In this document: positions 50,159 to 61,610 of the stretch, in pieces
Layout of the letters: each line of letters opens with the position of its first letter
Position numbering within the stretch: the first letter of the stretch is position 1
Source of the DNA: Narcine bancroftii
Lineage: Eukaryota
Direction: 5' to 3'
Assembly: GCF_036971445.1 (NCBI RefSeq)
Contig: NC_091471.1
Location: forward strand, 361,398,001-361,462,000
Length of the DNA: 64,000 bases
Notes under the pieces: generated by a model
The model's input: only the letters and a program-made list of their open reading frames with translations
What the model was told of the DNA's origin: nothing
The model's database searches: none
Translations under genes and position numbers: made by a program

Positions 50159-51241
50159 TGGCAGGCACCAAGAGCTTTAGGCAGTTCTTGTACCTCTTCT
50201 TAGGTGCACCTCTGTCTCGGTGGCCAGTAGAGAGCTTGCCATATAACACGATCTTGGGAAGATGATGGTCCTCCATTCTGGAGATGTGACCTACCCAGCG
50301 CAGTTTGATCTTCAGCAGCGTGGATTCGATGCTGTCGGCCTCTGCCATCTCGAGTACTTCGATGTTAAAGTAAGAGCAGATCTGCATACATTGTATAAAG
50401 TGCTGTAGTGGTATGTGTTAATTAAATGGACAATTATATTAGTGTGCTTTATGTAGCTGGGAAGCTCCAATAAGTCAGACATTCATTGTAGAGAAATGTG
50501 AACAAACTGTGCAATACAGAGAGGTAAAAAAAAAATCAATTTAGTGCAAAAGTAAGACTCCTTAAATAAAGTCCCCGATTACTCTCTGACAGCAGCGTTC
50601 CCTGTAGATGTTCTCGATAGTGGGGAGCCTGTAACATCCTTTAGCAGAGCTTTAAGCTCAGGGGTACTGGTGTACCCCTAGCAGCCAGTCAGCACACTTT
50701 CCACCACTCTAAAAATTTGCCAGGTCATACCAAATCTCGTTACTTCACTTTATTCTTAGAACCAATTAATTGGTTCACACACAATGTTAACAAATTGTGG
50801 CTTGGATGTACAGTGAATAAGTCCCTTCCACAACATTGATTTCCATTTGGAGACACAAGAGACTGTGGGCGTGTGCAATTTTAAAATGTTGTTGATGAAG
50901 AAGAAGCTGTGAACATTTAAAAGCTCATGTTTGCAATGCCAATAAAAGAATGAAGAGGTGTGACATGAGAATGTCCTACAAGCCTCCAAATCGAACAAAA
51001 AAGGTTCAGTGGATAAAAGACAGAGAAACTAGTGGACGTTGGGGGAAGGGGGGGGAGACTTGGCATGGACAACAGCACTAACAGGAGAAGGATTCGCCCG
51101 GTATGTGCTATAGGGGCGCCTGCAGACGAGTCCCGTTTCCCTATTCGACGTGATCGTGGCATGGCTGGGCAAACTCCAAGCGCTCACCTTGCCCCCAAAA
51201 TCATTTAAAGCGTTAGTTCGCAAAAACCAATCCAAGGCTCA
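50159..51241. repeat. Right copy of the ~1.08-kb direct duplication flanking the provirus
   Basis: Begins right after the LTR CA (TGGCAGGCACCAAGAG..) and ends ..CCAAGGCTCA, then continues into unique sequence. Confidence 0.97.
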
Positions 51242-52713
51242 GATCGCAAGTTAATGACTGACCGAGCATGAACCAGTTGCAAAGCGCTCCAATATTTTGC
51301 CACCCTGGACGAGTCGAAGAGTTTCCTGACTTCGCTGGAATCCGGTAACAAACACAAGCCAAGTGAAGTGAAAGTGCCTACGGGTTTCAGCCCTCTTGAG
51401 GAGCTCACAAACGACTGTGGGTCTTGCAAAAACTCTGTTTAAATAGAGGAGGGCAGTTGAAAGAGTTATGAACTGTTTTAAAATGAATAGGAATTAAAAA
51501 TTTGGTTAAATATTACTTTGGGGTTTTTTTTTTACCCTGTATTTCGTAAACATGCTTACAGCGTTCATTAGTCTGCACCTCCCTCCCTTCTGTGAAGTCT
51601 GGCGATTCTTCGGGGAAACGGTGCACAACCAAGTGTGAACTCACAAAGTGTGAACTCCAGACACGGTTCAGATTCTCCGGCTCCTCGATGAAGCTCCGAA
51701 GATTCCACACCTCCGATAAATTCCCATTCTTCACTTACTCTCTCTTTAATTCAGCGCTGGTCGGATTGGAGAAGCCGGCGTGAATAGAGCACATTCCGGG
51801 GCACCGAATGGCTCGACGCATCTGCAAACAAACAAAAATCATCTTTAATTCTTTAAAAAAGTGGAGATTTCCGCGGATCCCTCAATCGGAAAGATTGAAA
51901 CTGTTGTCCAAAAGCCCCCACCCACAGAGCATCCGACCGAAGTCATTGAAGTTGTTTGAAGACTGCGAGTGAAGCATTTTGTGGAGGATCTCCTTTTGCT
52001 TTAAGGGTGGCAAACACGATTTGAGAACCGAGAGCGACGCAGTTTGATTCTCCTGCTGGGTCCAGAGTATCGGGTGAAGTGTTCGTGTTGAGTTCAGAAG
52101 AGAGTTCTCCAGGTGAGGTCCATCGCCGTGTTGGATTTCGCCGTCCGGTGCAGTTTATGGGAAAGCTGCCTTGAATAGACCTCATTAAAATTTGGGCAAA
52201 ACACTGACCCCTTTCAAATCGCTCGCTTTAGAGTCAGAGAACTCCTTTTATTGTACACAAGCACTTTGGCGGACTTGACCAAGCAATAATGGCCAGTACA
52301 CCACTTTTACTGGACGCGAAATCCGGCTGCACTGACGGGCTGGATGGAACCAAGGATGAGAATCAGATCGATCGACCGAGTCAAATACAAGTTCTTGAAA
52401 GGGAACGTAATCCTGCGTTGAGACATGATGAGTCGCTACAGGAACCCCCTGCCTTCGCTGATGGCAACTGACGAAGCAATTCAAGAGCAGGGACGTTGGA
52501 AACTATTGAAGAGTGATTGTGGGAACAGGAATTCAGCGACCTGGAGCAATGAGCAGATGCCTCTGGAAACCGACTCTCCAAACACCAACGATCAGAAGTG
52601 GAGAGATTCAGAAGAAGGAAAGGTCGAAGCCAATGTGGAGTGAGCGGTTACAGTTGCCCCATCTGCGGTGGTGACAACAAGGGATCATTTTGTTGAGCTC
52701 TTTCTAATAGGAA

Positions 52714-55700
52714 ATGAACGCCACTGCTGTGGGAATGGAGTTCTTTGGACCAAAGGCAAGCCTCCAAATGGACTGTGGCCGGAAAGTTACGAGGATGAAA
52801 TGCCCTCTTGGTCCCCATTCTCTTCTTGCCTGGTGTGTGTGGCGGGACTGTTCGGCAATTCCTTGGTGATCTTCTTCGACATGGAAAGATGAGGACAGTG
52901 AGCAATTCCTTTTGGAATTTCTGGCGTTGCAGGTCGCTCTCCATCGCTGGCCTTTAGGCCAATTCAAGTGCAGGTTGGTGGTGGCCCTGGATGGTATTAA
53001 CCAATTCACCAGGGTCTCCTGCGACACCGTGAAGAGCATCGACTGATATGTGGCCGTCGCCCATCCCATCAGATCATCCAGATGGCGTAGTCCTGCCCTG
53101 GCAAAGAGAGTCAGTGTCCTCCTTTGGTTTATCTCCTCCATGCCCGTGATTCCTCTGGCAATCTACTCGGGTGTGGATGACTCCTTAACTGTATGCACCT
53201 TAAATCTGACAGGAGCCCACCATTGTTTGGAGCACCGCCTTCATTGGCCTCTCACCATCATCTCGCTCTGTTACATCTTGTTGCTGGTAACGATAAAAAA
53301 AACCACCGTGGTATCATCACCAAGCCCGGAGGCAGCCAGGGCAGAGAAGAAGATGACCGGGATGATGGTGGCAATAGTGGTGGACTTTGCCATCTGCTGC
53401 CTCCCTTTCTACACCTTCAGCATCTATGCCGTCTTCTTGTCCGTGCCCGAGAACATCTTCCCGAGAAGGCTCTTCGCGTTCCTGGTGGCCCTCTCTTACT
53501 TCAACATCCTCCACATCTGTCTGTCGGATAGCTTCGGGAAGACTTTGCGATTGATGCTGTGCTCCAAGCTCGTCCCGAAGGTTGCGGTCAGATCAGGTGC
53601 GGAAGGTCACCAGATTGGAGAACTGACCGAGCCCCTGCCAAAAATGCCCCTCCCACCCATGTTCCTGACATCAATGCCCCTACTAACAATATCCCTCCCT
53701 CCAATACCCCTGCCAACAAGGTCCCTGACACCAATGCCCCTCCCACCAATGCCCCTGCCACCAAATTCCCTGCCAACAATATCCCTGACACCAATGTCCC
53801 TCCCACCAATGCCCCTGCCACCAAATTCCCTGCCAACAATATCCCTGACACCAATGTCCCTCCCACCAATGCCCCTGCCACCAAATTCCCTGCCAACAAT
53901 ATCCCTGACAATAATGTCCCTCCCACCAATGCCCCTGCCACCAAATTCACTGCCAACAATATCCCTGACACCAATGTCCCTCCCACCAATGCCCCTGCCA
54001 CCAAATTCCCTGCCAACAATATCCCTGACACCAATGTCCCTCCCACCAATGCCCCTGCCACCAAATTCCCTGCCAACAATAACCCTGCCACAATGTCCCT
54101 CCCACCAATGCCCCTGCCACCAAATTCCCTGCCAACAATATCCCTGCCACCAATGTCCCTCCCACCAATGCCCCTGCCACCAAATTCCCTGCCAACAATA
54201 TCCCTGCCACCAATGTCCCTCCCACCAAATTCCCTGCCAACAATATCCCTGCCACCAATGTCCCTCCCACCAATGCCCCTGCCACCAAATTCCCTGCCAA
54301 CAATATCCCTGCCACCAATGTCCCTCCCACCAATGCCCCTGCCACCAAATTCCCTGCCAACAATATCCCTGCCACCAATGTCCCTCCCACCAATGCCCCT
54401 GCCACCAAATTCCCTGCCAACAATATCCCTGACACCAATGTCCCTCCCACCAAATTCCCTGCCAACAATATCCCTGCCACCAATGTCCCTCCCACCAATG
54501 CCCCTGCCACCAAATTCCCTGCCAACAATATCCCTGCCACCAATGTCCCTCCCACCAATGCCCCTGCCACCAAATTCACTGCCAACAATATCCCTGCCAC
54601 CAATGTCCCTCCCACCAATGCCCCTGCCACCAAATTCCCTGCCAACAATATCCCTGCCACCAATGTCCCTCCCACCAATGCCCCTGCCACCAAATTCCCT
54701 GCCACCAATGTCCCTCCCACCAATGCCCCTGCCACCAAATTCCCTGCCAACAATATCCCTGCCACCAATGTCCCTCCCACCAATGCCCCTGCCACCAAAT
54801 TCCCTGCCAACAATATCCCTGCCACCAATGTCCCTCCCACCAATGCCCCTGCCACCAAATTCCCTGCCAACAATATCCCTGCCACCAATGTCCCTCCCAC
54901 CAATGCCCCTGCCACCAAATTCCCTGCCAACAATATCCCTGCCACCAATATCCCTCCCACCAATGCCCCTGCCACCAAATTCCCTGCCAACAATATCCCT
55001 GCCACCAATGTCCCTCCCACCAATGCCCCTGCCACCAAATTCCCTGCCAACAATATCCCTCCCACCAATGCCCCTGCCACCAAATTCCCTGCCAACAATA
55101 TCTCTGCCACCAATGTCCCTCCCACCAATGCCCCTGCCACCAAATTCACTGCCAACAATATCCCTGACACCAATGTCCCTCCCACCAATGCCCCTGCCAC
55201 CAAATTCCCTGCCAACAATATCCCTGCCACCAATGTCCCTCCCACCAATGCCCCTGCCACCAAATTCCCTGCCAACGATATCCCTGCCACCAATGTCCCT
55301 CCCACCAATGCCCCTGCCACCAAATTCCCTGCCAACAATATCCCTGCCACCAATGTCCCTCCCACCAATGCCCCTGCCACCAAATTCCCTGCCAACAATA
55401 TCCCTGCCACCAATGTCCCTCCCACCAATGCCCCTGCCACCAAATTCCCTGCCAACAATATCTCTGCCACCAATGTCCCTCCCACCAATGCCCCTGCCAC
55501 CAAATTCCCTGCCAACAATATCCCTGCCACCACTGTCCCTCCCACCAATGTCCCTCCCACCAAATTCCCTGCCAACAATATCCCTGCCACCAATGTCCCT
55601 CCCACCAATGCCCCTGCCACCAAATTCCCTGCCAACAATATCCCTGCCACCAATGTCCCTCCCACCAATGCCCCTGCCACCAAATTCCCTGCCAACAATA

Positions 55701-56387
55701 TCCCTGCCACCAATGTCCCTCCCACCAATGCCCCTGCCACCAAATTCCCTGCCAACAATATCCCTGCCACCAATGTCCCTCCCACCAATGCCCCTGCCAC
55801 CAAATTCCCTGCCAACAATATCGCTGCCACCAATGTCCCTCCCACCAATGCCCCTGCCACCAAATTCCCTGCCAACAATATCCCTGCCACCAATGTCCCT
55901 CCCACCAATGCCCCTGCCACCAAATTCCCTGCCAACAATATCCCTGCCACCAATGTCCCTCCCACCAAATTCCCTGCCAACAATATCCCTGCCACCAATG
56001 TCCCTCCCACCAATGCCCCTGCCACCAAATTCCCTGCCAACAATATCCCTGCCACCAATGTCCCTCCCACCAATGCCCCTGCCACCAAATTCCCTGCCAA
56101 CAATATCCCTGCCACCAATGTCCCTCCCACCAATGCCCCTGCCACCAAATTCCCTGCCAACAATATCCCTGCCACCAATGCCCCTGCCACCAAATTCCCT
56201 GCCAACAATATCCCTGCCACCAATGTCCCTCCCTCCAATGCCCCTGCCACCAAATTCCCTGCCAACAATATCCCTGACACCAATGTCCCTCCCACCAATG
56301 CCCCTGCCACCAAATTCCCTGCCAGCAATATCCCTGACACCAATGTCCCTGCCAGCAGGGTCCTGCCTCGGTGAGGAATTGCAGTGA
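52714..56387 (+). pseudogene. sstr2: Somatostatin receptor pseudogene (SSTR2/3/5 clade, probably sstr2 by synteny); 7TM remnant about 52800-53630, repeat-expanded tail to 56387
   Basis: [15 protein letters not shown] (TM1), [55 protein letters not shown] (TGA 53044-53046), PLTIISLCY, AEKKMT..CCLPFYTF, LSDSFGK. Frameshifts, TM2 missing, NPxxY region deleted. Start (MNAT, 52714) is tentative; gene symbol rests on recalled human SLC39A11-SSTR2 adjacency. Confidence 0.85.
53631..56355. repeat. ~2.7-kb minisatellite: 15-bp monomers in a 60-bp higher-order unit
   Basis: Unit CCAATGTCCCTCCCA-CCAATGCCCCTGCCA-CCAAATTCCCTGCCA-ACAATATCCCTGCCA; about 180 monomers, with occasional 45-bp variants. Confidence 0.99.
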
Positions 56388-56446
56388 GCTTCCCGCAGTG
56401 GACCAACCCCTACCCCGCACATCCCCCCGCCCCCCCTGAAATCTTC

Positions 56447-56452
56447 AATAAA
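56447..56452 (+). promoter_or_regulatory. Candidate polyadenylation signal of the sstr locus
   Basis: AATAAA 60 nt after the TGA at 56385-56387, followed by a T-rich tract. Confidence 0.45.
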
Positions 56453-56892
56453 AGGATTTTGTTTTCTGCACAGCGGCTGCGGCGACGTGAATCATCGCGC
56501 TGCCTCAGTGTTGCAAGGACTGCGAGACCCACCTTTTCCCGTTTTGCTTCACTCGCGAATCATTTATGAAGACAACAGCGTTGCAAACTAACAGGATATA
56601 AAACTGGGAGCGGACGCTGCGAATGCAGTGAAGCTTAGTCCTAATGTACCAACATTTGCCTGCGTTAGGCAAATTAATGCAAGGAAAAGTAAAACACGAA
56701 AGTCTGCAGACTTTATATAAAGTACACTGTTTGACCAGCTGAGTTTCTCCAGCGTGGTGCTTTGCCTAAACTAATGTAGCAACTTTGAAGTAGAGCTAAA
56801 GAAGGTGCAGAGAGGTAAGACACACACAGTCAAGTCAAGTTTATTGTCATCTGACTGTTTAAATACAAACCAGTCCTCAGAGCAAAAATTGC

Positions 56893-58055
56893 AGAATCAG
56901 AATTTATTGTCATGAACAAGTCACAAAATTCATTGTTTTGTAGCAGAATCGGAGTCCAAACATTCCTGTAAACCACCTTTACAACAATAAATAAATATAA
57001 CCCCAAAAAAAGTCAAAATGAGGCAGTATCGTTGGTTCATCGATTAGTCGGGAATCCCATGGCAGCGGAGAAGAAGCTGTCCTTGTGCAGCTGGGTCTTT
57101 AGGCTCCTTTACTTTTTCCCCCAATGGTAGTAGAGTGAAGGGGGCATGGTTTAGGTCAAGAGTGTCAAACTCAAATTCACAGAGGGCCAGAATTAAAAAC
57201 TTGGACTAAGTCGTGGGCCAAACTAAATACTCATTGAAAATTTTCAACAACATCTGCATGTTTTCTCTTCTTTCAACATATGTAATGTTAAACTTTTTCT
57301 TATTAAAATAAATGTTTAGTAATAGTTTTGGTTAAACTCTTTCCAGAAGAAGCATTAACAAATGAGAAATAAAATATTCAATAAATAATATTTCTCTATA
57401 GCCTTTAAGCTCCTTTTAAATGTTTTTTTTTTCACAAGCCAACAAGTCAAGAAAATAGCAACTTGCTTCAATGACAAACAGGTTTGTCTTTTAAAATGAT
57501 GAACATATAGTCTGCGTCCCACCTGTCTTGAAAGGTCCTGTTTTCTGTCTTTCGTTTGGCCATTTTTTGTAAAGGGTTTATTACATGTGAGTTAGGTGAC
57601 AGGTCGCAGATGCCTAATGAAAGTCAAGAGAGGAGGTGGGGGCAATTAGCGGGCTGACGGGCGGTGCCAACGCATTTGCAAAGTGTTGTGGGATTTGTAG
57701 TATTAGCTGTGAATGCGCTATACTGGTGCGGCGGCCAGCTCTAATACATATTTGATATGATCTTGTGGGCCAAATGTAATTATATCAAATTTGGCTCGTG
57801 GGCCTGAGTTTGACATGTGTGGTCTAGGTGGTGGGGATGCTTGAGGATAGAGGCTGCTTTCTTTGGACACCACCTTCTTGCAGATGTCCTTGAAAAGGAC
57901 TGAAGTCTACTGCCCATGATGTGGCAGGCTGGGACAACAACCCTCTGGAGATTTTTCTTGTCCTAAGCATTGGCACCTTGGTACAAGACAGTGATGCACC
58001 CAGCCTGAATGCTCTCCAAAGTACATGTGTAGAGGTTTTAGAGAGTCTTCGGTGA
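56893..58055 (-). mobile_element. Rex1/Babar-type LINE 3' fragment interrupted by a hAT element
   Basis: AGAATCAGAATTTATTGTCATGAAC tail at 56893; LINE sequence resumes at 57822 after the insertion. Confidence 0.8.
57157..57821. mobile_element. hAT (Charlie-like) non-autonomous element with 8-bp TSD
   Basis: CAAGAGTGTCAAACTC ... GAGTTTGACATGTGTG ends; TSD GTTTAGGT / GTCTAGGT (7/8 match). Confidence 0.8.
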
Positions 58056-58139
58056 AATACACAATCACACATAACACACATACAGACAAACAATACATAT
58101 GCAGGATAAATATTTCATCCAAAAAAATATAATGTTTCA

Positions 58140-58620
58140 TTAATATGAGCCTTGGATGGTTAGTATGAGCAGTTCCTTTGGTCGTTCAGCGTTCTCACTG
58201 CCCGTGGGGAAGAAGCTGTTCCTCAGCCTGGTGGGTGCTGGCTCTGATCCTCCTGTATCTCTTCCCTGATGGGAGCATCTGAAAGATGCTGTGTGCAGGG
58301 TGGAAGGGGTCCTCAATGATTTTGTGCATCCTCTTCAGACAACGATCCTAGTAGATCACATTGATGGAGGGGGAGGGGGAGGAAGACTCGAGTGATCCTC
58401 TCATGTGGTCCTGTGAATTGATCTCTGACCCATTTCTCTGCAGCAACTGTACGACACTGTGATACAGCCAGCCCTGGCACTCTCGATAGAGCTCCTTCAG
58501 AAGGTAGACATAATGGTCGCCAGTAGCCTTGCCTCCTTCAGTCTTCCCTGAAAGTACAGTCGCCGTTGCACCTTCCTGACAAGTGAGGAGATGTGAGTGT
58601 GTCCACAATAGGGGTTATTA
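58140..58620 (-). mobile_element. Rex1/Babar-type LINE fragment (second subfamily)
   Basis: THISSLVRKVQRRLYFQGRLKEARLLATIMSTF on the minus strand. Confidence 0.75.
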
Positions 58621-59329
58621 ATTAAATGAACTGGAAGGCAGAAGAAGACACATAGAGACAAAGAGCGGGAGCAGTGGTTAGGCAGGGGTGTCATTATTAT
58701 GGAAGCTGAAGAGGTGCTCAAAGACTAGAGGCAGAGCCCAGGCTACAAGAGTTGTTTGCATGGGGACAATGCCACAGCACCAGTGACCAGGATGCTAAGG
58801 CTCAGCCACTATAGGCTATAGTATGAGTTGGCTTGCCTGGACAGCACACAAAACCTTTTACAGTAAATCTTTTTACTGTATCTCAGGACAAAGTGGCAAT
58901 AAAACAATTTAAAATCAAAGACTGTGGCGTTGCACAGATGCTGAGTTCTTAAATTGGACCCGAGGTTGCTCCAAAGCAAACACAAATACAGCTGCATAAA
59001 CAAACTTTTAATCATTTCGCAAAGCTTGAGAACTCCGTAACAGCAAGAAGAACAGCCACAAGCTGCTAACTGACTACCAAGGTAACTAACTTGTGGCTTA
59101 CGATATCACCTAATTTATAGTCTCTGATCTCAAGGTTCTGGAACATTCGAATAGACTGCTCCATAGAAGTACATATTCCTTAAGATCCTCTCAGGTTCAT
59201 CAGTTAGTTTCACACCACTCTATCCAACAAGGAGATTCTCGTCAGCTCCCAAGCTGATAAGAAGAAAGGAATGCAGCCCCACCTTTTCCCTTCCAGTCAC
59301 CATTTTAAAACTTATTTTTAAGACCCACC

Positions 59330-59690
59330 CTATCTGTGCCTCTCATAATCTTGTAGACTTCTATTAAGTCACCTCATCCTTCTTCGCTCCAAAGAGAAAA
59401 CCCCTCGCTCCATTAACTTTGTCTCATATGACGCATTCTCCAGTCCCAGACAAAATCCTGGTAAATCTCTTCTGAACCCATTCCATAGCTTCCACATCCT
59501 TCCTGTAATAAGGCCTCCAGAACAGAATACAATATTCCGTCTAACCAGAGTTTTATAGAGCTGCAACATTACCTTGAACTCAATCCCCTGACTAATGAAG
59601 GCCATCATATCACAAACCTTCTTGACTACCATCAGTTAATCAACTGCAAGGCAACCTTGAGAGATCTACAAATTTGGATACCATGGTCCC
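59330..59690 (-). mobile_element. CR1-type LINE fragment
   Basis: AFISQGIEFKVMLQLYKTLVR..FSLERRRMR. Confidence 0.8.
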
Positions 59691-59799
59691 AGTCAATTTG
59701 ATTGAGTTTGAGGAGATAAACAAGACTGATGAAATCAGTAGATATTGTCTATATGGCCTTCAGTAAGGCATTTGACTGAAAGGGGTCAATTAATGTCAT

Positions 59800-60520
59800 T
59801 TGAGCAATAAATATGGTATACCACATAATACATTTTTAAATTATTTTCAATTAAGAGTATATTTAAAGGATAAGCTTGGACCAACTACATTTTTGCCTAG
59901 TTGCACCAAAATAAATCTTCTTATTAGAGGAGAGGAATTGAATGATATATTCATTGTTACACGCAGGAACTCCCAAACAAGGACTTCACAGATCGAGACA
60001 GAGGTGGGAAATAGATTTGAATTATTATAATTGATCAACAAATATGGGAAGATTTATGCAAGGACTGTATGACTAATATTATTAATGTTAGATATAGATT
60101 AGCCCAATATAATTTTTTACATTAATTATATCTTACATCACAGAAATTCAATAGATTGAAATCAGATTTATTGATCAATGTTTTAGAAGTGGTGTAGATG
60201 TAGGATCTCTTTTAACATTCCACTTGGTTTTGTCCCAAGGTAAGATTTTTTTTGGACAGATTAATGAAATATTTTGGAACAAGTTACAGGAATTGTTTTT
60301 CTGCAAAGTCCTGATTTATTTTTATTCAGGAATTTTGAAGGAACAAGACCTAAATTAAAGCTATCAGTTTACCAATTGGAATTTGTTAAATTAGCTTGAG
60401 CAGTTGCAAGGAAATGTATTGCAATGACTTGGAAATCTGATACATCTTTGGGTATGTTAAGGTGGCATGCAGAGCTTCAAAGTTGTTCTCCTTTGGAAAA
60501 AAATTACATATAATTTGAGA
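59800..60520 (+). mobile_element. L1/Tx1-type LINE ORF2 C-terminal fragment
   Basis: KYGIPHNTFLNYFQLR, INVRYRLAQYNFLH*LYLT, HSTWFCPKV.FFW, VARKCIAMTWKSD, PLEKITY; disrupted. Confidence 0.75.
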
Positions 60521-60524
60521 TCAG

Positions 60525-61610
60525 ATGGCAGCCCGTTCCATACTCCCACCACTCTCTGAGTGAAGAAGTTCTGCTTAATGTTCCCCTTAAACTTTTCCCC
60601 TTTCACCCTAAAGCCATATTCTCTCTTTTTATCTCTCCAAATCTAAGTAGAAAGAGCCTACTCACATTTACTCTGTCTATATCCCTCATAATTTTGTAAA
60701 CCTTATCAAATCTCCCCTCATTTTATTTTTGCTCCAAGGAATAAATTCCTAACCTATTTAATCTTTCCCTGTAATTCAACTCCTGAAGACCTGGCAACAT
60801 CCTAGTAAATCTTCTCTGCACTCTTTCAATCCTACCGATATCCATCCTGCAGTTAGATGAACAGAACTGCACACAATACTCCAAATATGGCCTCACCAAT
60901 GCCTTATACAATCTTAACATAGCATCCCAACTCCTATACTTAATACTTCGATTTATGAAGGCCAAGATGCCAAAAGTTTTATGTACACCCTGTCTACCTG
61001 TGACACCACATTCAGGGAATTATGTATCTATATTTCCAGTTCCCTTGGTTCCTCTGCATTCCTCAGTGCCCTACCATTTACTGGTGTATGTTTTACCTTG
61101 GTTTGCCCTTCCAAAATGCAACACTTCACATTTGTCTGCATCAAATTCCATCTGTCATTCCCCAACCCATTTTTCCAGTTGGTCCAGGTCCCTCTCCAAG
61201 CTTTGAAAGCCTTCCTCGCTGTCCACAATGCCTCCAGTCTCAACTTCATCAACAAACTTGCTAATCTAATTTACCACATTATCATCCAGATCATTGATAT
61301 AGACAACAATCAATGGTCCCAGCACCATTAATCATAGGCCTCCAGTCTGAGAAGCCACCATCCATTACTACTCTCTGTTTTCTCCCACACAGCCCATTTC
61401 AAATCCAGTTTACAACCTTTCCATGGATATGTAATGTCTGAACCTTCTGAACTAGCCTCCGATGTGGGACCTTGTCAAAGGCCTTACTATAGTCCATGTA
61501 GACAACATTCACAGCCTTTCCTTCATCTACTTTCTTAATACCTTCCTTGAAAAACTCTATAAGATTCATTAAACATGATCTACCATGCACAAAGCCATGC
61601 TGACTATCCA
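60525..61610 (-). mobile_element. CR1-type LINE RT fragment
   Basis: SQHGFVHGRSCLMNLIEFF..VYMDYSKAFDKVPH; LYKALVRPYLEYCVQF..IERVQRRFTRMLPG. Confidence 0.88.

Noticed and set aside
42099-53630. Provirus insertion as the cause of sstr inactivation
   Set aside because: The receptor carries many deletions and substitutions while the LTRs differ at only 2 of 476 sites, so decay is much older than the insertion.
53559-56387. 942-aa ORF as an intact mucin/extensin-like gene
   Set aside because: It starts at a non-ATG codon inside the pseudogene, switches repeat phase at about 54091, and has no signal peptide. Kept only as a hypothesis in findings.
53588-56422. Minus-strand ORFs of 944, 819 and 424 aa (RGG-rich, AGILL-rich, WQGH-rich) as real genes
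   Set aside because: They are a by-product of a stop-free 15-bp repeat; there is no unique N- or C-terminal domain or promoter evidence.
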